Shown: one piece after another, positions 52,504-62,101 of the stretch
Numbering within the stretch: the first letter of the stretch is position 1
Layout of the letters: every line of letters starts with the position of its first letter
DNA from: an uncultured beta proteobacterium
GTDB lineage: Bacteria > Pseudomonadota > Gammaproteobacteria > Burkholderiales > Burkholderiaceae_F
Length of the DNA: 64,000 nt
NCBI GenBank assembly: GCA_963807155.1
Contig: CAWEAZ010000038.1
Coordinates: forward strand, 36,709-100,708
Direction of reading: 5' to 3'
Translations under genes and position numbers: made by a program
Notes under the pieces: generated by a model
What the model was told of the DNA's origin: nothing
Seen by the model: the letters and a program-made list of their open reading frames with translations, nothing else
The model's database searches: none

Positions 52504-53731
52504 ATGGTGAGCAAGACACAAGCAGGTACGTTGGCCGCAGTTTCGATCGTGCTTGCCGCGTCTAGCGCCGCGCTCGCCCAATATTCACCGTACGATCCCC
52601 GAAGCAACATATACAACAACGAATATCTGCGCCGCCAGGACGAGATAAGGAGGAACGAAGAAGCCGCCAAAACGCAAGAGCAGTACGACGACGAAAGGCG
52701 TTCTGCCAATGCTCCTCCTGCATCTTCTTCTTACGATGCCCGCGGCGCTGCCGAGTTGCAGGCCTTGCGCGGGAAGCTTACTCGGCATGCCGCCATTGCC
52801 TGACGAGCGTAATACGCTGCTCGGGCGCTGGCGCGTCGAAAGCGCCGGCAAGCCCAAGAGGAAGGACGAACTGGGGCAAGCTGATGGGCATGCTGTCTAA
52901 CCCCGGCGGCGCCGCCTGCCAGTTCACGTTCGGCGATGGCATCACCGAATTCAAGTCGAAGACCTGGGCCAGCATCGACGCGCACGGCGATGACTCGCTC
53001 GGCCCGATCGCCTATCGCGCCGACGGCAAGCGGTTGTTCGCGCTGCCAGCCAAGGGGATTGAAATCATGGGGTTCGATGTCGTAAATCCGAATCGTATTG
53101 AGGTTTTTAACCTCGCGGGCTGCGCCTTAACCCGCGTTACAAGCACCACGACAACGACACAAAGCGGGCTGCCGAACCGCGCGCCATCAGCATCGGCCGC
53201 CGGTGCGCCGCCACCGGCGCCCGGCCCGGCGAAGTCCTCGACGGCCTCGAAAGTGGCCGCTGTTGCGCCTGTCGCCGGCAGCTTCAACGTTGTCGCGCCC
53301 GTCACCCGAAGTCTGTCGCCAGACCTTGCTCGACAAACTCGGCGTTGTCGGCGTCAACCAGGTGCGGGCGATGTCGGACGTGCGCTTCAAGGAACCCGCG
53401 ATCGAAGGCAAGGTGCCGAACACGAACAACCTGCGCATCGACCTGCGCGGCAGCGCCTGCGACGACCCGCGCCTCAAGGCGACGCTGTACGACTTCGACG
53501 CCAATGAAATGCTGCAGTCGATCACATTTGTCTGGGACGCGCCCGCCCGGGCCGGCGCCGGCGCCGATCTTCCAGGAGCGTGTGCAGACGCTGTCCCGGG
53601 TCAATCCCGGCGGCCTGCCCCCGCCGCAATCACCGGGACGCCTGCAAGCGGACACAATAATGGGCCGCCTGATTCTGCAGGACATGCCGGAGCGGAACCT
53701 GCTGCTGGAGGCGTACAAGGCGAAGAAGTAG
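52504..53731 (+). pseudogene. Secreted hypothetical protein, family B (B2), four +1 frame breaks
   Basis: AGGAG RBS and signal peptide ..VLAASSAALAQ, then a charged segment, then LPDERNTLLGRWRVES.., NPGGAACQFTFGDGITEF.. and GCALTRV, then a Thr-rich linker and a C-domain. Five frames are used (starts 52504, 52709, 52884, 53203, 53345). Confidence 0.5.
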
Positions 53732-53773
53732 TGGCGTTGCCGCGACAAGTAGTTTTCTAGGTGAAAGATCAGC

Positions 53774-54316
53774 ATGCGCGCATGGATTGTTGGCCTGACT
53801 TTCTCCGCCCTGCAGGCGTCGGCGAGTGCGGTAACGCTCGGTGAGTTCGCCGGCGCGCTTGCGGTGCCGGTTGCGGCAAAGCATTCGGCCAACAACTGGA
53901 ACGCGCTAAAGGCAGTAAAAGGTGTGACATGGCGCGACACCACGGTGAAGGAAGCGCCTAGCGCGTTTGCTCAAGCAGCAGACGTAGCGCTCAATGGTCA
54001 CGGACGGGCGACCGTGCTGGTCGTCGGGGCTCGTCAGATGATGTTCGACATCGAGGTGTCGATGCGCAGCTTGCTCGAGAAGAAAGGTCTCGCGCAGACG
54101 CTTAAGGCGCAGTTCTCTGCCGCCACGCTGATCGAGCAGATCGGTGGCGACTGTCGAACGAAGACGGGATCCGGTAGCGCACGGTTGTATCGCGTGACGT
54201 TGCCGGCCAAACGGCCGTTGTTCATGCGGCTCGAACTGCCCGGCGCAGGCAATGCGGCGCCCGCCGGGACGCTGTTCACACTATCGGTGGAAAACAAACC
54301 ACAGTGGGCGTGCTGA
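53774..54316 (+). CDS. Secreted hypothetical protein, family A (A2)
   Basis: Signal peptide MRAWIVGLTFSALQASASA. Paralog of 50445-51017. Ends in ..KPQWAC. Confidence 0.6.
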   Translation: MRAWIVGLTFSALQASASAVTLGEFAGALAVPVAAKHSANNWNALKAVKGVTWRDTTVKEAPSAFAQAADVALNGHGRATVLVVGARQMMFDIEVSMRSLLEKKGLAQTLKAQFSAATLIEQIGGDCRTKTGSGSARLYRVTLPAKRPLFMRLELPGAGNAAPAGTLFTLSVENKPQWAC

Positions 54317-54368
54317 AAGTAGACGGCGGCGCTTAGCATCACGCCCTGGTGACGATCAGGTGCGCCTC

Positions 54369-55476
54369 ATGAACGAGTCCGATAAGCGTTTCGCCCGCAC
54401 TCTGCATCACGCAAGCAAGGCCACCGGTATCGGCGAGGCGTTTTCACCGCCGATCGTCAACACGTCCGTCTACCGGCTGGCGTCAGAGCCGAGCGGCCCT
54501 TATCAATATGCGCGCTGGGCGAATCCCACCTGGACTGCGCTCGAGGAGGCGCTCGCGATTCTCGAAGACGCTGAAACAGTCACCTTTCCGTCCGGTATGG
54601 CGGCCATTGCATCGGTGCTCTACAGCAGCCTGAAGTCCGGCGACCGCGTGCTACTTCCGTCGGACGGTTACTACACCGTGCGCGTGTTCGCTGACAAATA
54701 TCTGCTGCCGATGGGGGTAGTCGTCGATTCGTGTGCGACGGCTGAGGTCGAAGCACGTGCGCTCGATGGCTACAAGCTGGTGTGGATCGAAACACCCTCG
54801 AATCCGGGCCTCGATCTAGCCGACATCGCCGCCGTCGTGCGTAACGCGAAAGCGGCTGGCGCCATCGTCGCAGTCGATAACACGACAATGACACCGCTGG
54901 GCCAGCGCCCGCTTGACCTCGGCGCCGATGTTGTCGTCTCTGCCGATACGAAGGCGCTCAATGGTCATTCCGATGTGCTCTTCGGCCACGTCAGTTCGCG
55001 TGATGCTTCATTAGTCAGCGCCGTGCGCGATTGGCGCAAGGTCGCCGGTGCGGTACCGGGTCCGCATGAAGCGTGGCTGGTACATCGCGGTCTTGAAACG
55101 CTGGAAGTTCGCTACTCGCGGATGCGCTTCAATGCCCTTGTTCTGGCCGAGCTTTTCGAGCGACACCCGAAGGTCGTCGCGGTTCGCTATCCGGGCTTGG
55201 CCTCGCATCCGGCGCATGGCCTGGCGCGAGCGCAGATGGCGGGCGGCGGGAGTCTGATCGCACTGACGCTTGCCGATGAAGCGGTTGCCGAGCGTTTCAT
55301 TCAGGGCTGCGCATCGATGCGGGAATCGACCAGCTTCGGCGGCGTCCACACCTGCGCCGAGCGCCGCGCGCGCTGGGGCGATGCCGTACCCGATGGTTTC
55401 GTTCGCGTTTCGGTCGGGTGTGAGCCGAGCTGAAGTATTGGTCGACGAGGTGGAGCGTGCGCTGAACGCAGCGTGA
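54369..55476 (+). pseudogene. Cys/Met-metabolism PLP-dependent enzyme (cystathionine gamma-synthase/lyase family), +1 frame break near 55424 at the 3' end
   Basis: SADTKALNGHSD PLP-lysine motif. The family C-terminus (AEVLVDEVERALNAA) reads in the next frame and ends at 55476. Confidence 0.8.
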
Positions 55477-55483
55477 GCGCACT

Positions 55484-56372
55484 TCAAGCAAAGCGAATCA
55501 CATCGGCCGCCGCATCTTCTTGAGTGGCGCACGGCGGTTCATCGAACGCGATATCACCATCGATGTCCGCACGGCCGCTCGCACGCAGCGACGCAAAGTC
55601 GAACAGATCTGCATCCATCAGGTGTGACGGTGTAACTCTCGCCAGCGCGTTAAATATGTTTTCAACGCGTCCCGGGTAGCGTTTCTGCCATTCGATCAAC
55701 ATGCGCTTGATTTCCTGCCGCTTCAGATTGACCTGGGCGCCGCACAGGTTGCATGGGATGATCGGAAATTCTCTGACGTCGGCGTAACGTGCGAGGTCGG
55801 CTTCCTCAACGTACGCGAGCGGTCGGATCACGATGTGCTTGCCGTCATCCGACATCAGCTTCGGCGGCATCGCCTTCAACGTGCCGCCGTAGAACATAGT
55901 TCAGGAAAAATGTGCCGAGGATGTCGTCGCGATGATGCCCGAGCGCGATCTTGGTCGCACCCAGTTCGTCGGCGACGCGATACAAAATACCGCGCCGTAG
56001 ACGTGAGCACAACGAGCACATCGTCTTGCCTTCAGGAATGATGCGCTTGACGATCGAGTACGTGTCCTGCGCTTCGATGTGAAACGGAACGCCTCTGGCT
56101 CTCAAGTACTCGGGCAGAACTTCTTCAGGAAATCCAGGTTGCTTCTGATCGAGGTTGACAGCCACGAGGTCAAAGTCGATCGGCGCGCGTTCGCGCAACA
56201 GCAGCAGCACGTCCAGCAGGCTGTAGCTGTCCTTGCCGCCCGACAGGCACACCATCACCTTGTCACCGGCCTCGATCATGTTGAACTGCGTGATCGCCTG
56301 GCCGGTCAGTCGCAGCAGGCGCTTCTCCAATTTGTTGTTCTCGAACGCGAGCTTTCTGAGAGGGGCGTTCAT
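55484..56372 (-). pseudogene. ttcA: tRNA 2-thiocytidine biosynthesis protein TtcA, one frame break near 55885
   Basis: PP-loop CLSGGKDS, plus [10 protein letters not shown] and CNLCG. The junction reads GTFFLN-(extra T)[14 protein letters not shown], between ORFs 55845-56372 and 55484-55897. Confidence 0.85.
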
Positions 56373-56767
56373 GCGCTGTCCCTGAATCGCAGGATTTCGA
56401 TGCCGACTGCGTCGACGTCGTCGTAAACGTCGGACTTTTCACTCGACACGCGCACGGCACGCACGGCCGGATGCGCAAGCAGCGCGCGCGATATGTCGTC
56501 GATCAGCGTCTCCTGCAAATTGATGTGCCCCTGATCAACGCGGTGACTAATGGCGAGCCGAATGAAGTCGTAGTCGACCACTTCATGAATACGGTCATGG
56601 CGCGGAGTCGAAAGCGCCAGCGGAACGAACACGTCGACGTTCAGCGCGATGCGCTGCGCGCCATTCTTCTCGTGCGCGTGAACACCGATATTGGCGTCGA
56701 GGACGTAGTTGCGCAGAAAGATCCTGCGGCAGTCCGCGAGCCGGGGATCGAGCAGCAGCGCGCTCAT
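56369..56767 (-). CDS. folB: Dihydroneopterin aldolase
   Basis: 132 aa with a FolB-like core (..LNVDVFV.., DYDFI..). Overlaps its neighbours by 4 bp. Confidence 0.8.
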   Translation of the reverse strand: MSALLLDPRLADCRRIFLRNYVLDANIGVHAHEKNGAQRIALNVDVFVPLALSTPRHDRIHEVVDYDFIRLAISHRVDQGHINLQETLIDDISRALLAHPAVRAVRVSSEKSDVYDDVDAVGIEILRFRDSA

Positions 56768-57546
56768 GGCTCGGTCTGCGCTTCGGTCAAAAACATCACG
56801 TCGCGCGAGCTGGGCACCAAGTGCTGGCCGCCGTCGACCAGCAATACGGTGCCGGTTACCGCCTCTGCATTTGCCAGGTACACGGCCGCGTGCGCAATAT
56901 CGTCCGGCGTACTCGATCGATTCAGCGGAGTGCGACGATGCGCTTCTGCGAAACCAGTGTCGCTCTGCAAATTGGATGCGAGCGTAATGCCTGGTGCAAT
57001 ACCGACGACTCTCACCTTCGGCGCCAGCGCAATCGCCAGCAGCTTCGTCGCTTCCTTCAAAGCGGCTTTGGAAAGGGTGTAGGAAAAAAAATCCGGGTTC
57101 GGGTTCTCGAGCTTTTGATCGAGCAAATTGATCACGACGCCGCGTGCGTCGTGCGGCAGGTGTTCGTGCAACGAGCGCGCCAGCAGGATCGGCGCGGCAG
57201 TATTAGTTCGCATCGCGCGCAAGAGGTGGTCAGCGCTGAACCGCGCGACGTTGTCGTATTCGAACAGCGACGCGTTGTTGACCACGCAAGTTACCGGGGC
57301 GAGTTCGTTGGCGCACTCCGCAAGCAGGCTCATTACGCCGGGCTCGACCGCTAGATCGCGATTGACAGCGATTGCGCGGCGACCGAGCGCTTCGATTTGC
57401 GCAACAGTGTCCATCGCGTCGGCGCGCGAAGTCGCGTAGTGGACCGCCACGTCCCATCCATCGCGCGCGAGTGCGAGGGCAATCTCGCGGCCGATGCGGC
57501 GCGCGCCACCAGTGACGAGCGCGGTTCGATTGGATGGTTCAGGCAT
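56764..57546 (-). CDS. SDR family oxidoreductase (pteridine-reductase-like by context)
   Basis: VTGGARRIG and YTLSKAAL (YxxxK) motifs. ATG at 57546. The long ORF N-terminus is non-coding-looking. Confidence 0.85.
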   Translation of the reverse strand: MPEPSNRTALVTGGARRIGREIALALARDGWDVAVHYATSRADAMDTVAQIEALGRRAIAVNRDLAVEPGVMSLLAECANELAPVTCVVNNASLFEYDNVARFSADHLLRAMRTNTAAPILLARSLHEHLPHDARGVVINLLDQKLENPNPDFFSYTLSKAALKEATKLLAIALAPKVRVVGIAPGITLASNLQSDTGFAEAHRRTPLNRSSTPDDIAHAAVYLANAEAVTGTVLLVDGGQHLVPSSRDVMFLTEAQTEP

Positions 57547-57611
57547 TCGGGAGATCGACGGTAAAACCGGTGGCAAGACGCGCCAGAGTTTAGCGGCAGT
57601 ACGATTGATCG

Positions 57612-58745
57612 ATGTCTCTGCAACCTTCGTCGATGCCATTGCCGAGCCGGGAGGCGATCGAACACAGCGAGCGCGTTGCAACGCACATCTCCGGCGAGAT
57701 CGAGCGGGCAGGCGGCTGGATTCCGTTCGATCGCTACATGCAGTTGGCGCTGTACGCGCCGCAGCTGGGTTACTACGCGGCCGGTGCGCGCAAGTTCGGA
57801 GACTCGGCGTCGGGCGGCGACTTCGTGACTGCGCCTGAAATTTCGCCATTGTTTGCGCAAGCGCTGGCACAGCAAGTCGCGCAATTGTTCGAGCAGGTGC
57901 CCGCGCGCATCGTCGAGTTCGGCGCCGGCTCCGGAGTGCTGGCGCGCGATCTGATCGCGGAGCTCGCACGGCGAGAAGTCGGGCTCGAGAGCTATTCGAT
58001 CGTCGAGGTTTCATCCGACTTGGCCGATCGGCAACGGGCGCGACTGCAAGGATTGCCAGTCAACTGGTTACGCGCGCCGCCGGACGCTTTCGAAGGCGTC
58101 ATGCTGGCCAACGAAGTACTCGACGTGATGCCGGTGAAGCTTTTCGTGAAGCGCGGCAACGCAACGTTCGAGCGCGGGGTGGTGAATCGACACGGCGGTA
58201 GCTTCGCATTCGATGAGCGTCCGGCAAGCGAAGATCTCGCCAGCGCGGTAGCCTCGATCGAAGCCGAACAGGGTGTGTTCCCTGACGGTTATGCATCCGA
58301 AGTCAACTTGACTGCCGAAGGCTGGATGCGGTCAAGTGGGCAATGGCTCGCGCGCGGCGCGCTGCTGGTTATCGACTACGGCTTTCCGCAGCGCGAGTAC
58401 TACCACCCCCAGCGGCTAATGGGCACCGTCATGTGCCACTTTCGGCATCATGCTCACAGTGATCCGCTGTGGATGGCGGGCCTGAACGACGTCACCGCAC
58501 ACGTCGATTTCTCTGCGATGGCGGCCGCAGCGCATGCCTCCGGTCTCGATGTGATGGGTTACACGTCACAAGCGCATTTTCTGCTGAACTGCGGCGTGCT
58601 CGATCAACTGCAAACGCAGTACACGGCTCGAAACTCGGCCGCGCTGCACCGGCTCGTGTCTGAAGCTGAAATGGGCGAGCTGGTAAAGGTCTTGATGGTC
58701 GGGCGCGGGCTTGCAAGGTCCGCTGATCGGATTCGCGCGTGGTGA
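57612..58745 (+). CDS. SAM-dependent methyltransferase, MidA/DUF185 family
   Basis: 377 aa with the family N-terminus (..WIPFDRYMQLALYAPQLGYY..) and EFGAGSG motif I. Confidence 0.8.
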   Translation: MSLQPSSMPLPSREAIEHSERVATHISGEIERAGGWIPFDRYMQLALYAPQLGYYAAGARKFGDSASGGDFVTAPEISPLFAQALAQQVAQLFEQVPARIVEFGAGSGVLARDLIAELARREVGLESYSIVEVSSDLADRQRARLQGLPVNWLRAPPDAFEGVMLANEVLDVMPVKLFVKRGNATFERGVVNRHGGSFAFDERPASEDLASAVASIEAEQGVFPDGYASEVNLTAEGWMRSSGQWLARGALLVIDYGFPQREYYHPQRLMGTVMCHFRHHAHSDPLWMAGLNDVTAHVDFSAMAAAAHASGLDVMGYTSQAHFLLNCGVLDQLQTQYTARNSAALHRLVSEAEMGELVKVLMVGRGLARSADRIRAW

Positions 58746-58801
58746 TCGCTTGCACACGCTTTAGCGATCTTTCGACCTTACGCTGGGTAGACTGCCGCTG
58801 G

Positions 58802-58993
58802 ATGAAATGGCTCTTGACGACCTTTATTGCGTTGCTGGTGTTGACGGCGCTGCAGCCGTGGCTGAGCCGGCTCGGCATTGGCCGGCTGCCCGGTGATATG
58901 CGCTTTAAGCGCAACGGGCGCGAATACGTGCTGCCGTTTACCAGCACGATCGTTCTATCACTTCTATTGATGCTACTTGCGCAGCTGATCTAA
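58802..58993 (+). CDS. DUF2905 family small membrane protein
   Basis: MKWLLTTFIALL..GRLPGDMRFKRNG..YVLPFTSTIVLS, 63 aa. Confidence 0.7.
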   Translation: MKWLLTTFIALLVLTALQPWLSRLGIGRLPGDMRFKRNGREYVLPFTSTIVLSLLLMLLAQLI

Positions 58994-59006
58994 GCGCAAA
59001 CAGGCT

Positions 59007-60128
59007 CTAAGTCGGCGGGCCGCGCAACTCGCCGCCGACGGCGACGATGCGAGCCTGCCTGACCGCGCGCTGAATCTGACTCGGATCATTGCGGTGCAAG
59101 CTTGCCAGCGTGCCCGCATCGACCTCACTGGCGACTCGCAGCGCACGCCGAAAGCGCTCGGCGGAGACATCGGCCGTCGCCTCAAACGCCTGTAAGAGCC
59201 ATTCGAAGCGCTCGGGTCGGCGGAATGCATCGCTACGTTCGAGCACTTCGACGATCGCCGCCGATGTTTCGGCGTTCTTTAGCGGCTCGCGCAGTTCCAC
59301 TAGCAACCGCGCCAGTTGTGCCGCATCGTTCTGCACGCGCAGCTTGCCCAGAAAATCGGAAACTGCGCGCGACGATCGGCATGCGCCGGCCAGGATTGCG
59401 AAGCGCGAGGGCAACACGAGTTCGCGTTGCGCGGCGCGGTCTAGCGCGGCGCTGGTCGGGCCCAGGTCTTCGAGTTCGGCAAACAATCGGTCGATCAGCC
59501 CGCATGAGACGAGCACATTTAACATTTGCGAAGGCTTCGTCTCCATCAGCCCGCGCGAAATCTCCTGCATCACGCGTTCCGGAACCAACGCATCGGCTTC
59601 GCCATTGCGCACCATTTCGCGCATCAGCGCTGCCGTCTCTGGGGCCACCTTGAAGTTTGGAAAGCGGGCAGCAAAGCGCGCGACACGCAGTATGCGCACC
59701 GGATCTTCGATAAACGCCGGACTGACGTGCCGCAGAATGCCGGCGTCAAGATCGCGCTTGCCTTGATACGGGTCGATCAGCGTGCCACCATCATCGAGCG
59801 CCATCGCGTTGATCGTCAGATCGCGACGCGCTAGATCCTGCTCGAGGGTTACGTCGGGCGCAGCGTGAGCAACAAACCCTTTGTAACCCGGCGCGGTCTT
59901 GCGCTCGGTGCGCGCCAGCGCGTATTCCTCCTGCGTTTCCGGATGCAGAAACACCGGAAAGTCCTTGCCGACCGGCCGGTACCCGAGCGCCGTCATCTGC
60001 TCGGGTGTTGAGCCGACGACGACCCAATCGCGATCGGTTTCCAACGCGGCGTCCAGATCGCCCAAGTGACGGCGCGTATTGCCTAGCATCTGATCGCGTA
60101 CGAAGCCGCCGACTCGATACGCTTTCAC
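59007..60128 (-). CDS. cca: CCA tRNA nucleotidyltransferase (class II) with a degenerate HD domain
   Basis: GGFVRD, DRDWVVVG and RRDLTINAMA motifs. 373 aa. No HD/His-Asp ligand motifs are visible in the C-terminal half. Confidence 0.85.
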   Translation of the reverse strand: MKAYRVGGFVRDQMLGNTRRHLGDLDAALETDRDWVVVGSTPEQMTALGYRPVGKDFPVFLHPETQEEYALARTERKTAPGYKGFVAHAAPDVTLEQDLARRDLTINAMALDDGGTLIDPYQGKRDLDAGILRHVSPAFIEDPVRILRVARFAARFPNFKVAPETAALMREMVRNGEADALVPERVMQEISRGLMETKPSQMLNVLVSCGLIDRLFAELEDLGPTSAALDRAAQRELVLPSRFAILAGACRSSRAVSDFLGKLRVQNDAAQLARLLVELREPLKNAETSAAIVEVLERSDAFRRPERFEWLLQAFEATADVSAERFRRALRVASEVDAGTLASLHRNDPSQIQRAVRQARIVAVGGELRGPPT

Positions 60129-60131
60129 GGT

Positions 60132-60791
60132 CTAGGGTTCTAGCGTTTCAGGTTCCGCTTTGGCCGCTGCGATCCACTGTTGCATCGCCGGCAGCGCCAA
60201 TACGTTTTCCGAATATGCCGCAAGCAGCGGAGACAGCTTGACGCCGTACGTTGCGAAACGCGTCACGACCGGTGCGTAGAACGCATCGGCAATCGAAAAA
60301 CTTCCGAACAGCATCGGCCCGCCTTTCGCTAGGCATTCGTTCCACACCGATTGAATGCGCGCGACATCCGCCGCCACGTCGCTGCGTTGAAGCGCAGCCT
60401 GGCCTTTGTCGGGGCGCCGCGACCGAATATCCATCGGCATGTGCGTCCGCAGCGCTGCGAAACCAGAATGCATCTCCGCGACCACCGAGCGGGCCCGCGC
60501 GCGCGCCTTGGCATATCGCGCGGCCAAAGGCTTCCACCGCCGTCGCCCTCTCGTGAGCTTCTCATTGATGTACTCGCAGATTGCCAGTGAATCGAAAACA
60601 GTGAGCTCGCCGTCGATCAGACACGGCACACGTCCGCTCGGCGAATAGCGAAGAATTTTTTCGGTCGTGTCCGGACGGCCCAACAGCACGCTGGTCTCGT
60701 TGAAGGCAATCCCGGCCTGCTTCATCGCCAGCCACGGCCGCAGTGACCATGACGAATAGTTCTTGTTGCCGATCACCAGCGTCAAGCTCAT
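60132..60791 (-). CDS. Glutathione S-transferase family protein
   Basis: N-terminal thioredoxin-like NYSSWSLRPW motif, 219 aa. Confidence 0.85.
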   Translation of the reverse strand: MSLTLVIGNKNYSSWSLRPWLAMKQAGIAFNETSVLLGRPDTTEKILRYSPSGRVPCLIDGELTVFDSLAICEYINEKLTRGRRRWKPLAARYAKARARARSVVAEMHSGFAALRTHMPMDIRSRRPDKGQAALQRSDVAADVARIQSVWNECLAKGGPMLFGSFSIADAFYAPVVTRFATYGVKLSPLLAAYSENVLALPAMQQWIAAAKAEPETLEP

Positions 60792-61081
60792 TGCGGTTTC
60801 CCGGTCATGCCGCCGCGATATACCGGTTCGATTTCCTTCAGATTTTCGCGGAACATCGTTTCGTATTCATTGCGAAAATATGCGGCAGCCGCATCGAGCG
60901 ACTGGCCTGGATGCTCTTCGCTCGTTAACCAGTTGAATGCGTTGTAGCGCGCCGCCGCGTACATCAGTACCGCGCGTACCCACTCGGCTGAATATTGCTC
61001 GCTCATTTCGTTTGCGAGTGTCACGAAGCGATCGGCGGCTTCGAGGAACTCGTCGGGAAGCTCGTATTTCTGGGTGGCCAC
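60788..61081 (-). CDS. DUF3144 family protein
   Basis: About 97 aa from GTG 61081 (LPDEFLEAADRFVTLANEM.. helical protein). ORF-track start 61135 would overlap the upstream gene. Confidence 0.55.
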   Translation of the reverse strand: MATQKYELPDEFLEAADRFVTLANEMSEQYSAEWVRAVLMYAAARYNAFNWLTSEEHPGQSLDAAAAYFRNEYETMFRENLKEIEPVYRGGMTGKPQ

Positions 61082-61103
61082 GATTTTGACGTCTCGGCGA
61101 GCT

Positions 61104-62070
61104 TCAGCGGCCCGCGCGCGCACGGTAAAGGCCAAAACGGCTGCGCGCGTGCGCGCGCGAAAGATAAGTGGGCGCTTCCGCCTCCATCGGCGTCATTCCG
61201 ATTCCGAGTTCGGGCGCCGGTCGGAACGGTTGTTCGGTGGCGATGTTATCGACCTTCATCGAATCCAGGTTATCGCGCGACAGCAGCGGCTCGCCTGGCA
61301 TGAGCTCCATCATCATCGCCTGCACGCGTGCCAGCGCATCGGGCAACCCGAACACGGGTCGCGGATGGCCGCTCGCTGCAGCGGCAAAGGCGACCATGTC
61401 GCGCAGTCGGTAAATCTGCGGACCGGCGAGCTCGTAGATATGCTCGAACGTATCGCGATTGTCGAGCGCGTTGACAAACGCATCGGCAACGTCGCCCACC
61501 CACACCGGTTGAAAGCGCGCGTTGGCGCAGCCGATCGGCAGCACCGGAAAAAATTTTGCGAGCGTCGCAAACATGTTCAGGAAATTGTCCTCGGGCCCAA
61601 ATACGACCGATGGCCGAAAAATCGTCCAGTCCAAGTGGGAAGCCTGCACTACCGCATCGCCGTCGCCTTTGCTGCGTTGATACATCGAAGGGCCGTTCGC
61701 ATCGGATCCGAGCGCGCTCATGTGTAATAAGCGGTCGACGCTGTGTTGACTGCACATCGCAACGATGCGCTGCGGCAACTCGACATGCGCCTGCGCAAAC
61801 TCAGGCCCGTAGGGCGAACCTTGCGATCCATGCAGGACACCGATCAGGTTGATCACGGCGTCCTTGTCCCGGATCAATCGGTCCAGACGCCGCATCGTCG
61901 TGCACATCGCACTCGACGACATCAATCGTTGGCAACATGATCAGGTGGCGCGCCCTCGCGCGCCGCCGCGTCGGAACCGTTACCCGCAGGCCACGCGCGG
62001 TCAGCCGCGCAACAATATGGCGCCCGATAAACCCGGCACCGCCGATGACGAGAATGTTGGAATGTTGCAT
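61104..62070 (-). pseudogene. NAD(P)H-binding NDUFA9/NmrA-like epimerase-dehydratase family protein, one frame break near 61900-61925
   Basis: The N-terminus MQHSNILVIGGAGFIGRHIV (ORF 61801-62148) joins the body in ORF 61104-61925 (..LIGVLHG.., YQRSKG). Confidence 0.75.
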
Positions 62071-62101
62071 GCCGCGAATTCTATTCGCGCGGGTTGGGTG
62101 A

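Noticed and set aside
54317-54368. Possible riboswitch or leader upstream of the Cys/Met PLP enzyme gene
   Set aside because: The gap is only about 50 bp with no recognisable SAM-riboswitch-like conserved helices.
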